Shown here: positions 27,860-41,935 of the stretch, in pieces | Layout of the letters: each line of letters begins with the position of its first letter | How positions within the stretch are numbered: position 1 is the stretch's first letter | Assembly: GCF_009914755.1 (NCBI RefSeq) | Contig: NC_060926.1 | Length of the DNA stretch: 64,000 nt | Reading direction: 5' to 3' (one strand) | Source of the DNA: the human T2T-CHM13v2.0 reference genome, Homo sapiens | Program-made: the position numbers and the translations under genes | Notes under the pieces: generated by a model | Told to the model about the DNA's origin: nothing | Database searches by the model: none | What the model saw: the letters and a program-made list of their open reading frames with translations, nothing else

Positions 27860-30614
27860 GAAGCCACTTCTTTACAGGTGTTCGACCACCATGCTTGTTG
27901 TATAGAGGCCTTAAAGTTTGCCCAGCTCTGAGTCTAAGTCCAGTCACCTCTACAGATGGTACATTCTGTTCTGGAGGCAGACAAAACTCAAACTGATAGC
28001 ATTAGAATCATATCTTTTATCTCTCTGGGTACACCTAGGGTCTGAAATGTAGCACCATGTCAGTTTGCTCCCACCCTACACTGGGATCCCTATGACATTG
28101 CACTGAATCATCACTTCCCAGTAAAAGGATTTAAAACATTGCAAAATGAGGCTGGCTGAGTGAGGATCCCTGAAGCACTGTGTAACCTGCTGACATAACA
28201 GCTGGACTACAGCCCAGTGCATGGGCAAGGCCGACACGAACCCTTGACATCCTACCCCTGGGGGATGCTGAGCCTCCATCTGCCCTTTCTCTTCTTCTCC
28301 ACATACCTTCTCACCTTCCCTTCCCTTAATATCTGACTGTTCTCAAAATTTGTTCTCTAATAATTACTTTTTCAGGCAAGAACGTAAAGCACTCAATCTT
28401 TTTATTGACTTATCCTGATCTCTGTGAGCCTAAAATTCCTGAGATTGAAACCCCCATGATACATCTCCTACTCTGCCAAATGCCCCCTCCTCCTGCAGAC
28501 AAAGGAATGCCAGAAGTCCATCTACTTTTAGCCCAGTCCTCCAGACAACAAGTGCCCCATCTCAAGAAGCACTGGAGAATCCAGTCCTCTCATTCTCCTC
28601 ACATACTACAAACCTGGAGTCATTGAATAAGCATCCCCTAATAGGCAAGAAAAAATTTCATTCCTAGTGGCAGTCAGCAGGAGGCAGAGGCTCTTCCAGT
28701 CTAATGACTTGCAAATCAAAAGCATGAAAACCAGAATGCACCTTTGAACCTCTTTCCCATCCAGCCTAGATGTCCTCATAATTTTCTCCCATAGCGTTCC
28801 TGGTATTTTTGCTACCAGAGCAATAACCTTCCCCATGCATTTTTTTACATGTTGGAGGAGGAGCTATCCAGTGATCTCAAAGCATATGTTTTTGATTCTC
28901 ATAAGATTATGGATACCAAAGGAATAAAAATGGAAATCACTACTGCCAAGATATGAAAGAAACTTTGCATAGTAAAATAATTTAAACCTAACATTTGGAC
29001 CCAATAAGGCAAACGCAATGTTTTTTCCATATTTTTGGAAAATGTGCATTTTCTTTACATTAAGTGGTACCAATAAAAAATAATGATTCTCACTCCGTTT
29101 ATTTCTATAAGTTAGATTGGCTTATAGTTTTCCAGGACATGGTTTTCTATCAAGCTATATGGCAAACACCTGGGCATAAAATACACTCAGCTATTTACTT
29201 CCATGTGGGAAAAATGGGTCACCATTCCTTTCTTTTGAATCTAGAGCAAAGGTCAGCTGAAACCAGTTAGCATATTTAGTACTCAGTATCTGCCGAGAAT
29301 GAGTGTTACATCAACAATTTGTGGTGATGGTGAGCAAGCCCAGGAAGTTCCTTACAGATAGGGAGGGCAAGTGCTTTCCAATTCCAGGCTCGGTGATTCT
29401 GCAATACATGCTGGTAAGAACATTTGACTCATCCTGGAACGGGATAAAGAAACACAGAAGACCAAATAATGAAGAAGGACTAGAAAACATTTTTGTACGT
29501 ACTTCATATGTGAAGCTACTGCTCTGGGGGGAGATCCATCCAGTGAAAGCACGGGCCTGTAAATGCTAAAGAAGCAGTGGCCGAGGAGGATGAGGAGATG
29601 GGGAACTGGGGAAGTGGGGAGGAGGGATGGAGAAGGGAAACAGGAGAGAAAAGAAAGAGAGGGGAGACGAAAAATGGAAGAACGAGAAGAGATTAAATAA
29701 TGGTTGAATATGGAACTCACATTGTTAGAGAGTCTTAGAAGATCTCCCTCCAGGGCTGAGGTGGTCAGAAAAACCAACGTCAGCCTGGAATGGCGGGGCG
29801 ATCACTAAGCTCAGGCCAGGAGCCACAGCTCCACCACTGCTGTAACTCGCTGTACACAAGTTTCCAGCTACTGATGACTACCTTTTCTCACCAATGAAAT
29901 GTGACAAATTCCCTCCTCACCCACCTCTGAGGCCTGTTGGAAGGCTCAAAACAAGAAGAATGCAAATGAGCTGTGATAGCTATAAAATATTCCACATGTG
30001 GAGTGTGAAAGGTGGATGGAGTGGAAGATGGTGAATTATTTCTTATTCCTTGGCTTAAGTCTCAGCTCTTTGTAAGTGTTCATGTTCTTGGTGGCTATGT
30101 ATTCAGACTAAAATAAAATCACCTTCAATGCTTTGCCCACCAACAGTAGGAGCCCCAGCATCTCTGGCAATATATCAGAAGATTCTTAGGGTGGTTCTAT
30201 TTGTCCCAGTTCCCTCTAGCTCCAATTTCCCATTCTTCCTGAATTCTTAACCCTGCTCCAGTTTCATCTTCTGCAGGTGTCGGAATTTCTCGGCCCATCA
30301 CTGGAGCCTGCCTTAGTTTTTGCACGTTCCCCGCAGTACTACGGACACTAGCCTTGGCAGGTAGAGACTTTCCATGGGAATTTGAAGGTATAGGGTGGGG
30401 TTACACTGCATCACAACAACCAACCTAAAATTAAATGCCAGTGACTCCTTTTTTAACACCCCTTGCTTGTTAAAAACTCCTCACTGCCATCTCTTTGCAA
30501 AGAGCCCCAACCCACTGCCACCCAGATTGAATTCGTTTTCCTTCTCTTGTATCCCATCAAGCATCAGCCCCTCCACTTCTGTCACTCTTCTCCCTGCCCC
30601 TCTTGTTTGGTTCT

Positions 30615-30772
30615 GGCCTAGGGGAATCACATCTCCTGGGGAATTTTTTTTTAGATACCCATGCATAGACCAATCACATCAGAGGCTCTAAAGGTGGGGT
30701 ACATGCATGCATATTTTTTTCAAAGCTCAGATGATTCTAATGCACAGCCAAGATTGGAAGCCATATCCAGTC
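30615..30772. mobile_element. MER5A-like hAT-Charlie MITE
   Basis: gaatcacatctcctgggg...gatgattctaatgcacagccaagattggaagcca. Confidence 0.7.
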
Positions 30773-31499
30773 TAGCTCAGTTAAGCCATGTCCTGGGGGG
30801 AAGCTCACCTTCCACACTCCAAAAAGTAATCAAAGTATTTAGCAGAACAAAAGACAATTCTCTCCCTCAGAGAATTGATGCCAGTTTTTTTTTTAAACTG
30901 AACATTACTTTCCCTGCCACAGTGTTATCTTAAGCAATTTGCCAATGATCCACACTTTATGATCCAGAGGTCAGGATCATTCTCCAATGTGAGCATTTCT
31001 TGGTGAATCCCTTGCTCTCCCGCCCTGGCTCATTTTCCTAGGTCACAGAGTAACAGCGTGGTCAGGGAAGAAACCAAGGAATCCACAAAGAGGAACGTGG
31101 TGTCTTTGTTGAGAGATTTTATGGCAGTTAGAAATCCAAACCGAACATTAGTTTGGAATAATGTTGACAGAAACATCCACAGCTGTGATGAAAACAAAAC
31201 AAAGCTAAAAAGCAGCTCCATGGTGGTGGTGGAGTCTTGTTTTAAGAGTAGATAGAGTTATTTTTCTGAATATTTCTTTAAATTTCCAAATACATATGAG
31301 TTCCATCTTATTTTGTATCTAACCACTTATGTCATCAGCCTAATGTTGTATGTCCTTAGCAAGCCTCTCAACTTTTCTGAACTTATCTAAAATCAGAGGA
31401 TTGGGCCTGGTGAGCTCTAAAGCTGTTACTGATTTCCTATGAGTGTATAATATCCCACCCCCTCCAACACACACACACCATTTTGTTTATTGATTTATA

Positions 31500-31720
31500 G
31501 TCTATGGGATGATGTTGCATATACGTCCTCTCCTTTGTCATCCTAACAGCCCTGGGAAGACGGTAAGCAGGGAAGGGATTATTATCCATTTTTCTAGCAA
31601 AGAAATCTCACATTCAGAGAGCACAGTGACTGGCCCAAGTACACATTGCCAGGACATGACAGAGCCATTGCTTTGAACACAGTCCTCTTACTCTGATTTA
31701 GGAACCCTTTCTACCTGTCA
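31500..31720 (-). mobile_element. MIR
   Basis: aacagccctgggaag...attatatccattttt...agtgactggcccaagtacaca. Confidence 0.65.
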
Positions 31721-33709
31721 TGCCTCATCTCTGCTGTCACCTTGCTACCACTGTCTCTCCTCATAAGCATATGCGTGCATGCGCGCATATGCACAAATGC
31801 ACACACACGCACACACCCCTAACTCGCAGAGAGGCTACATTCCCCGTAAACAATGCCACTTGACAAGGATTGATCAAGAAAGAATGTTAGATGCCCAGGA
31901 ACATCCATACCTTCTGTTTCCTGGGTGGAAGACAGAACGCAAGCCTGGCAACTATGACCCACTCGCAGACCTTTCTCCCCATTTCCCCTTCCATCCTGCT
32001 GTGCCCTCATGGACTCACCCCAGAGACTGCATATCTGCTCTCAGGACAGGTGCTGATGTCAGGCCCTGCCATAGTCTGAACAAGTCTATGTCACCTGCCC
32101 CTGGGGGAAAGCATTTTAGACTCTTTCTTTATTGGGGAAAGAAAGAGTAATTCATAACCTGATAGGATTAGGCCTAGTGCAGAGCTGCTAGAATGTTCAC
32201 TAACTGTTGGGTTTCTGGATCTTGGAGCTAGAGGGCTTGGTGGAGGGCTAGCTTATCTCCCTGGCTTAGGAGAGTTCAGACCTGTCACAAGGCAGCAGCA
32301 ACAGGAGAGACTGTGGGAGGCTGAGCCCTGCTGGAGCCCTCCCATTATGTGAGTCAGGCCCTGTGTCCTTCTATAGGGTCTTTCTGTGCTTGCCTGGGAG
32401 CAGAGCAATCCAGTCCCACCCACAAGGAAAACTGAGCCCTGCTGTCTTTGAAGCTCAGAGCTGGTGTAATGAGATTAAGAGTTCGTGGGAATTCCAGACT
32501 AAGCAGGTGACTTTGTGGTGCCAGCCTTGGACAGTAGGATGTTTGTGATTTTGAGTTACTTCTATAAATCTCTTCAAGCTCAAGGCTGTGCAGAAAACCT
32601 TGGGTGAGAGAGAGAAGGAGGATGAGTTGTGAGAGCGGGTGGATGCCCTTAAAATGCCACTAGGAAACCGCTGTGTGCGTGTCTATTTCACCACCGATTG
32701 CTGGGAACCAAAATAAAATCTCCTTTCTTGCTCCCCTCCGCATCCTTCCCCTGTGCTGTTCTCTGAGACCCAGGCTTGGGGACTGAACACATATGGGTCT
32801 AGTTGGTGGATGCTGTTGTTCTCCGAGGCTGTAAATTCAGACGGCCACAAATCAGCTTCAGCGCAACTTCAGCACCAGACACGCAGGCGTTCACATTAAA
32901 GTCCTGGTGTCCAGGCTGAAATATGGCTGCACATGTTCCCTTCTGCACTGCCGGCCTGCTGGAGATGCCACCCTGTCACAGATGGTTTATGGAGGAGGGC
33001 AGAGAGGATGGAGCACAGTGGCCAGCTACCACCCCAGCCAAGGCGCCTGCCAGCTTTGATCTCCTGCTGGTCAGCCCCACGTCATCATAGATGGTGAGCG
33101 ATTCCTGACCACGTCATTGTTCGTGCTGAATGTCGTCTTCCCCAAGTAACTCTTTGTGACATCTCACTGTCACCAGCTAAATACAGAGCATTCCAGGTCC
33201 TTTGCTTTCCCGGGTGCTGACAGCTGACACAGAGCCTGCCCATCCCTTTGCATGAAAATGCTCCTTCTTGGAGGCCCTACTGGAAGAATCTGAGCTTGGT
33301 ACAGGCAGGACATTATCACAAAGCAAGTTTGAAACACTGAGTTTCCTGAGTCCCAGGACATACCTGGCCTTGTAGATCAAGAACAAATATACACGTGTCT
33401 CAAAAGTGGTTTGTCCCATCATCTTGCCTTCCTGACCCCAAGAGAAGTCCACAGGCTGAGGCAGCGTGGCTGGGCCTCACTGAGGCCAAGCCCAGAGCAT
33501 GAGCATGGAGTTCTCCCACCGCCTGAGGCCTCAGAGGAAACCTGAAGCTAGCAGGGCTCCTTCCCTGACCCCTCCAGTGATTCTGCATGGGCGGCTGAAG
33601 TCAAAAGACTGATAGGTATCACCTTTGCCCAGTTCCCTTTCAGGCTGGCAATCTGGAGAAGAAAGCTGGGGGGTATTTCAAGTAGTCTCATTACCACTCC
33701 GTCACCCCC

Positions 33710-33965
33710 ACATTCATTCCCTGGCATTCACTGAGTGCTCACGTGGTGTTAAGCGCCGTTCTAGACACCACAGGGATATTAAAAAGATCTGAATTTTTGC
33801 CCTCAAGGAACTTTGGTCTTGCAAAAAGGTGAGGTGTCCGTAGAGAGCCCAAGGCTCCAACGCTATACAGCAGCTGCACAGTCAAGACAATGGGAGCTCT
33901 AAGGAGAAATGGACCCGACCTGGGAGAGTCAGCAAAGGCCTCCTGAAGATGCTGGTCTTCATCTG
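33710..33965 (-). mobile_element. L2 3' end fragment
   Basis: cattcattcc...cattcactgagtgctc...gccctcaaggaact. Confidence 0.6.
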
Positions 33966-33974
33966 GGAGCCTGG

Positions 33975-34424
33975 TAAGTGGGCTGAATTCTGTCCCCTCA
34001 ACAGATATGTTGGAGTCCTGGCCCCTAGTACCTCAGGGTGGGACCAAATTTGGAAAGAAGATGGTTGCAGGTGTAACTAGCTAGGATGAGGCCATGCTGC
34101 AGGAGGAGGTCCTCCATCCAATATCACTGGTGTCCTCATAGAGAAGACACACAGAGAGATGAGAGCCATGTGAAGACAGTGGCCATGGAAAATGGTGGTG
34201 GAGACTGGAGTGAGGCATCCACAAGCCCAGGCATGCCCAGGCGAGAGGCATGGGGCACTTTTTCCCTCAGAGTGCCCAGAATGAATCAACCCTGCCTACT
34301 GCCTACACCCTGGTTTCAAACTTTTAGACTCCAAAACTATGACAGAATAAATTTCTGTTGTTTTAAGTCCAGTGCTTAAAAGTAACGTTGTACTTTGTTA
34401 CTGCAACCTTTGGAGACAAATATA
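33975..34424 (+). mobile_element. MLT1C-like solo LTR
   Basis: gggctgaattctgtcccctc...gccatgtgaagacag...gacagaataaatttctgttgttttaag...gagacaaatata. Confidence 0.85.
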
Positions 34425-34559
34425 GGGTTAAGTCCAAAACAAGAAGCAGGACAGGAGGGAGTCCCAGGAGCCCAGGGGTGGCAGTGAGTATTTGAGTGTC
34501 GCACAGCAAGAACCCAACCAACTGCAACAAAGGATTTCACAAGAGAAATTAGAGAAAAC

Positions 34560-35165
34560 AAACCTGACCTCCTTTCCCCAGAGTTCCTGTGGGTGCCTCC
34601 TTGTCTTTAGGGAGTCATCCCACCCCTCCGCCCATATGGTGGGAAAAGGAGCCAGGCATGAGGCTTTATCACCTCTCCTCTGGCTTCATCACTTCTCCCT
34701 GATGCAGGGATGGGTAAGGAGTGGGCATGTAACCCAAGCAGCATGGCCACCCTACTCTACCTTCTTGGCCACAGCAATTGGTCCATGATGGACACTGCCC
34801 CCAGGAAACCCCATTCAAGACTTCTTATTTTGATTATTATTAAAACTGGTAGAAAAGAACTTTTTTCTGTCTGGTCTCAGGCCTGTGAAACATGAACTGG
34901 AAGCTGCCCGCAGCCATGTCCCCTTAATATGAATAAAAAAGAAGAGATAGAATGACCTTGTATCATTCAAGCCCCTAGTTCTGGTCACTGAGGTTCCTGG
35001 AAATGCCACCTGAATTTTTGCCTTGCTCCTTTCCAATTTTTCCATTGATTCTAGAAACTATCCCAGTAGCCTTCCCCCCTCACACAAAAACAAAAACAAA
35101 TATAATTTTGTTTAAACTAACTCAAATAGATTTTGGCTACTTGCTATCAAAGGAGCCTCAACCAG
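34560..35165 (+). mobile_element. Old ERVL-class LTR (LTR16/LTR33-like)
   Basis: gggcatgtaacccaagc...ggccacagcaattggtcc; 3' end tttaaactaactcaaatagattttggctacttgc. Confidence 0.55.
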
Positions 35166-35214
35166 GACATCATAGTAGAAAGCACATTGCCTACATCTCA
35201 AGGAGCTTTGGACA

Positions 35215-37802
35215 CCAGGCAGCACAGAGAGAGCCTACAAGCACACGAGGCAACAGAGAAATGGGGGCTGCACTTCATCCTTTTTTCAGGCACCCACTCC
35301 TGTGATCATTTCATTAATCCATTCATGAGAGAGGAGCACGCATGGCCTAATTACCTCTTAAAGGCACCATCTACTATAATAGCAATTAAATTTCAACATG
35401 AGTTTTGAAGGGGATATTCAAACCATAGCATTCTGCCCTTGGCCCCTAAAACTCATGTCCTTCTCACACACAAAACACATTCATTCCGTCTCAATAGCCC
35501 AAAAGTCTTAACTTGCTCCAGCATAAATTCAAAAGTCCAAAGTCTCATCTAAATCAGACATGGATGGCTGAGCCCCAAAGCACAATTCATCCTGAGGCAA
35601 ACTCCCTCCAGCTGTAAGCCTGTGAAATCAAAACAGGTTACCTACTTCCAAAATGCAATGGTGAGACAGGCATAGAATAGACATTTCTACAGCAAAAAGG
35701 GCCAACAAGAAAAAGGAAGGGAGTAAAAGGCCTCAAGTAAGTCCAAAACCCAATAGGGAAAACAACATTAAGTCTTTTTTTTTTTTTTTTTTTTTTGAGA
35801 AAGAGTCTCACTCTGTTGCTCTGTCACCCAGGCTGGAGTGCAGTGGCATGATTCAGCTCACTCAACGTCTGCCTCTCAGGTTCAAGCGATTCTCCAGTCT
35901 CAGCTGTGACTTACAGGTGTGCGCCACGACGCCTAGCTAATTTTTGTATTTTTTCAGTAGAGACAGGGTTTCACCATGTTGGCTGATCTCAAATTCCTGA
36001 CCTTAGATGATCCACCCGCCCGGCCTCCCAAAGTGTTGGGATTACAGGCGTGAACCACCACGCCCCATAAAACAGTAAGTCTTAAAGCTAGAGAATAATC
36101 TCCTTTGATTCTACATTCTGCTTCCTGGCCACACTACTGTGGGAATTGGGCCCCCAAGGTCTCAGACAACCCCACTCCTATGGCTTTGCTGGGCTTAGCC
36201 TTCCCAGCAGCTCTCAAGGGTTGGAGTCTTACACCTGCAGATTTCCCAGGCTGGAGTTGCATACTAGTGACTCTGAAGTCCTGAGGTCTCTGAGGTGGCC
36301 TTGCTGTCTGGGCTCCACTAGGTGTTTCCCTGATGGAGATGCTATGTAGTAGCTCTACCCCTGCAGTAGGTTTCTGCCTGGGCCCCCAGGCCATCTGCAA
36401 CATCTCTCCACAAAATCTGAAAGATGCCATTCTCCACAGCTCTGGCATTTTGCATAACTACAGAATTAGCACCAAACGGACACTGTTAAGGCTTCTAGCA
36501 TGTACTTTTCAGAGTGGCAGGTCAAGACACACAAGAACCCAATTGAGTCATGGCTAGGGCAGAGAGGAGTGCTGTACCAGAATGCAGGGCACAGAAACCT
36601 GAGATGGCTCTGAGCAGTGAGCCCATGAGAGGCACCCTGGGCCTATGCCCCGAAATCATTCTGCCCTCTTAGAGCTCTAAGTCTGTGATGGAAGTGGGCA
36701 GCCTCAAAGATTTTTGATGGCCTTCAGAGTCTTTCTTCCACTGTCTTGATGAATACTACCTAGCTCCTTTTATCCTTGATAATCTCTTTATCAAAAATGG
36801 CTTGGCCACATCCTTAGTATTCTCTCCCAAATATGTTTTTTTACTCTTTACATGGACAGACTATAAACTTTCCAAATATTTCTATTCTGCTTTACTTTTC
36901 ATTATAAATTTTGTCTTTAAGTCATCTCTTTGCTCTTGCACCTTACCGTATGCAGTTACAAGTAACCACACAGCAGCCTCAATTCTTTGTTGCTTAAATA
37001 TTTCTTCTGCCAGATATCCTAGTTCTACTTCCCATAAAGCCCTAGGACACAGACACAATTCCACCAAGTTTTTGCAACTACATAAAAAGGATAAACTTTA
37101 CTTTCATTTCCAATACTTTGTTCTTCATTTACATCTAAGACTTCATCAGAAGGGCCTTGAGTATCCATACCTCTACTAACATTCTGGTCATGACCACTTA
37201 AGTAATCTCTAAGAAGGTTCAGATTTCCCATGCAGCTCTCCTCTTCTGACCCTTCACCAAAAACACCCTTAATGCTCTGTTTATGGCAATACAGGCTTTT
37301 CTTAGCATTCTTCTTCAAACTCTTCCAGTCTGTACTTATTACTGAGTTCCAAAATGGCTTCCACATTTTCAGGTATTTTTGAGTAGCAACAGCTCCACTT
37401 CTTGGTACCAATCTTCTGTCTTAGTCTATTTTCTGCTGCAATAACAGAATACCACAGACTAGATAATTTAATAAAAATGGAAGCTTATTTGGCTCAGGGT
37501 TGTGGAGACTGGGAATTCCAAGAACATGGTGCTGGCATCTGGTGAGGGTCATCCCATGGCAGAAGCATAAGGCAGAAGCAAGAACGCAAGAGAGAGAGAG
37601 AAATGGGAACTGAACTTCACCCTTTTATCAGGAACCCACTCCCACAATAACTAACCTATTCCCACAATAACAGCATTGATCCATTCATGAGGGCCATGGC
37701 CTAATCATGTCTTAAAGGTCTTATATTGTAATACTGTTACAATGGCCATTAAGTTTAAAAATTGTTTTTGGTGTTTTTGGAGGGGACATTGAAACCACAG
37801 CA
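35215..37802 (-). mobile_element. MST (MSTC-like) MaLR element: partial LTR ~35215-35430, internal region 35431-37416, complete LTR 37417-37802
   Basis: Two similar LTR ends (aaaccatagca; aaaccacagca); MST/THE1-int motifs (actcatgtccttctcaca, tggctttgctgggc, cttccacattttcaggtat, ggtaccaat). Confidence 0.9.
35775..36066 (-). mobile_element. AluS inserted in the MST internal region
   Basis: Poly-T followed by Alu body; near-perfect TSD aacattaagtctt / aacagtaagtctt. Confidence 0.92.
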
Positions 37803-38194
37803 ACAACCTTCTGAGAAGCAGCAGCACAGAAGATATTATTCTCAGTAAAATCCTTCATTTCCCCAAAGATTAAGAGCCCTTGCTATAAGCAATGAGGAGC
37901 CCTTACAAAGATAAGAACCACAGAAAGTGTCATCCTTCACTGACAATAAGTGAGCACCCTCAGATACCCAGTCATTTAGTCAACAATCCCATAGTCAACC
38001 CCATAGTCAAGAGCTGTTAGGAGTGGGAAGATAGACATAATAGAATTTTATCCTCCAGAGGTTGCTGTCAGCTAGAGGTGGTGATAGGCATACACATAAT
38101 CTTGGTCAAAAGTCATACCAAGAAAGAAGGGTAAATACTGCTTTGGCAGCTCAGGAGCTAATGCTTAGAAGTTTTCCTTCCTCCTTAATCAAGC

Positions 38195-38385
38195 AGTTGT
38201 GCTGCAGTAAATAGAGCCCTGGACAGATTTTTCCGTTATGAGTTGACCTCAGGTAAGTTACTCCATTTCTCAGAATCTCAATGTCTTCATTTTTTAAATG
38301 GATATAAGAATCCTGCTAGGCTACCTCAAAGGATTGTTGCAAGGTTCTAACAAGAGAGAAAATATCTATTAAATTGTTTAGAACC
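38195..38385 (+). mobile_element. MIR
   Basis: tgacctcaggtaagttactccatttctcagaatctcaatgtcttcatttttt. Confidence 0.65.
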
Positions 38386-38444
38386 TGAAAACCCTTAGGC
38401 AAAATGCACTCCACAGTCTCTCTTTAGGAGAATCCAGTCTTTAA

Positions 38445-38600
38445 ACCTAGCTTCCTGCCACTCAAAGTGTGACCCATAGTCTATGCTGATTTCCAGATCT
38501 CAAACTCTATCTCAAAAGTTGGAAATCCCAATTTGCAAGATCCTCCAGGTATGCAAATTAAAGTTTGTACGTGTATGCAAGTTAAAGTTTGGCAGCACTC
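38445..38600. mobile_element. MER5-like MITE
   Basis: ctcaaagtgtgaccc...gcaagatcctccaggt...tatgcaagttaaagtttggcagcact. Confidence 0.55.
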
Positions 38601-39578
38601 ATCTGGGCTGTTCTTAGCATAATGTTATTATAATCTGACAGAGAAGAAAATCGACTTTAGGGCATAGCTGATGATAAGGGAACAAAAGCAGGGACCAGAG
38701 TTGCCCAGGTATGTTTTGGGCTTGCTGCCACTCAAATCAAGCTGGGCCTCCTCAGAACAGAGGATGTGCACAGGGACATTAGCTGCCTGGAGCACTAGAT
38801 GCAGGAGCCACAGTCTGGGAGACAAATCTAGAACCAGTCTTTGGTGCACAGAAACCTTGGTCCTGCTGGATGCTGCCGCTGCTGCAACATGGACATATGG
38901 TCTCCTTATTTCTCAGGTCAGAGTAACACCAGCATAGTTGCATATATCAGCACACTCACAGGGGATTAGCAAACATCTGGAGAGCACAGTCCCCTGTATT
39001 TTGCTAGTTTTAGGAGCAAGGAGCACAAGGGGGTTCTCAGAGTGCCTGTGTACAAGCCCAGCCCACCAAAGTGTCAGTGGGGTGGGGCAGTTCCTGGCTG
39101 TCAGTAGCCCCATCACTGGCTTCCAAGTTACCATAGCCAACAAATAAACAACAGAGTTGAGAGTCTAGGGCAGCAAGGTCCAGGCGATGCACCATAGAAA
39201 TCAGGATCTGTCAGGTAGCAACAGCAGTTAGGCCAAAAGGATCCCCCTGGTTCAGTTAGTTTTAGAAACACCACGTTGAACAATGTTAAACTTGTTCCTT
39301 TACAGGAGACCAATGCAAGTGTACATCACGAATCTTGAAAAGGAACATATGTAGGCTTTATTTTCTGAGCAGTTTTGATCACAGAACTCTTCTTATCCTA
39401 CTTTAGATAGAAAGTCTTCAGAGCAGACTCTGAGAAACACTAGCAAAGATGGGAGGCAAGAGAGATCCCTTCAGGGAAGGAAGATGGCCCGTGAATGTCT
39501 ATAGCAGGAGTTCTAAGGGCTTTTTTGTTTAGGGTAATCAAGCAATCAAAGCATATAGATGTTTCCATCAGACATGCC

Positions 39579-40001
39579 TGCTGTAGTTTGAAGGTTTGTC
39601 CCCCTCCAAATCTCATATTGAAATTTGATCCCCAATGTTAAAAATGAGACCAATGGGAGGTGCTTGGATCATGGGGATGGAGCCATAATGAATAGATTAA
39701 TTCACTCCCTGGAGGAAGGATGAGCAAGGTTTTCACTCTATTAGTTCCCAAAAGAGCTGATCGTTTCAGAGAGCCTGGCACCTCCCCTGTCTCTCTCTTG
39801 CTTCCTCTCTTGCCATGTGATCTCAGCACATCCTGGCTCCCCTTCACCCTCCACCATGAATGGAAGCTACTTAAGCTCCTCACCAGATGCCCAGTCTTAA
39901 ACCTTCCAGCCAACAGAAATGTGAGTCGAATAAACCTCTTTTCTTTATAAATTATCTAGCCTCAGGTATTCCATTATAGCAACATCAAACAGGCTAAGAC
40001 A
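39579..40001 (+). mobile_element. MSTB-like solo LTR
   Basis: tgctgtagtttg...ccaaatctcatattgaaatttgatccccaatg...ggctaagaca; TSD atgcc/aagcc. Confidence 0.9.
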
Positions 40002-40034
40002 AAGCCAAATGCATCAAGGGGTCCGCTATGATAA

Positions 40035-40310
40035 TAACCACCATCAACATGTAATGAACACTCACTGTGAGGTAGGAGGTGCATTAGGAGGCGCATTAGG
40101 AGGCACATTAGGAGTGGGGCTTTATGCACATTGTCTCGCTGAATACTCTGAACTACTATTTAAGGAAGCTACTACAATTCTCATCCTCATTTTCAGATGA
40201 TGAAACTAAGGCTTTAAAAAGTCAAATAAGTTGCCTTAAGTCTTACAGCTAGTTAGTGGTACTAGTTAGTGGTAAAGCTGAATTCCAAACTAGATCTGAC
40301 TTCATACGCC
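40035..40310 (-). mobile_element. MIR with internal short tandem duplications
   Basis: cctcattttcagatgatgaaactaaggct...acagctagttagtgg. Confidence 0.75.
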
Positions 40311-41139
40311 TGTTAAAATGCCATAAAAATTCCTTAGTCCTTGGGACACAGGAAATATTATGCCCCAGGAAAGACTAGTTGCTTAGCTCGTAGGGTCACC
40401 TTTGGGGCAGGGAGTTATTTCTGGTGGCTCTGGACAGGACACATGGAGATCAAAGCCCCAGCTGATGTGCAGGGTTCACCGCTCCTTGGTTTTGTGTTTT
40501 AGGTTTATCAACCTCATCTTGTCACCATATTTTCATATGGTGACTTCATCAAACTGACCATATGGTGAATGTAAAGACCAGGAAATTCAGGAACACTAGT
40601 CATAGAGCTTGTGTCAGTTTGCTGGCATTAATCTCCATCCCTCTACCTCTGTAATTAGCTATTAGTTGGGTGAAATGAGTAACTCCTGTGCCTCACACAT
40701 CCGTCAAGGCACTATTTTTATATTTACCAATTACAAACTGGAAAATAGTTTGTCACTCTCAATCAATAAACCTGGTATTTTGCCAGAAAACTACTAAAGC
40801 GTTTTTCTCTGTGCAAAAAAAAAGAAAAGAAAAACTTCCAAAGACTTGCCTCAAGCAAACAAACAGGCCACCCACTTTGTCATGAATGAATCCATGGCTT
40901 CCATGGGAACTTTTCCTTCTGAGTATAAGAATCGCCTTTCCATATGCCATCTTCATTTCTAGTAGAAGAAGAAAGAAAAAAAAAGAAACCCTGAAGTCAG
41001 AATATTTCAGATGCAAGAGAGTATTAAAAAAAAAAAGAAAAGAAAACCATCTGTGAGCAGGCAACAAGTTTTCCTGCCCTGGTTCTGCTACTAACAAGTT
41101 GGCGACATCTCCCCTAATAACTCCCCACTTTCTCACCTA

Positions 41140-41451
<312 letters not shown>

Positions 41452-41935
41452 GAGGGGTTGTGTCACTAATACCTCAGACCTCCAGCTCATGGATTCCATG
41501 GTTGGTGGACCATATGATGACATTTTTACACCAGCCTCAGTGCAGAATACTAGGCAACACAGATCCCCCTGCTTCACCCCAGGGTAATGTCACAGTTTTG
41601 ATCAGAAGAATCGCAAAACAAGAAGCTTTAACCTAAACCATTTCAGACAGATGGGACTCCAGCCTCCTTTTCAAGTTATTTTAAAAGGGTATCCCAAATA
41701 CTACACAATAGTCTTAGTGTCTAAATAGCATTCATGGTCTGCAAGTTCCTCTTTGTCTGTGGTCTAAATTTTTCTACTAAAGTAAAAAATTAAGAACAGC
41801 TTTCTATTATATTGTCGGTCATGAAATTATTTATGTTTGGTTATAGTTAATAAATTGCTTTCCAATCTGTTACTGTCTTATTTCATTTTTATTATTAATT
41901 TTAAAATTATTAATTATTTTAAACATGGACAAAAG

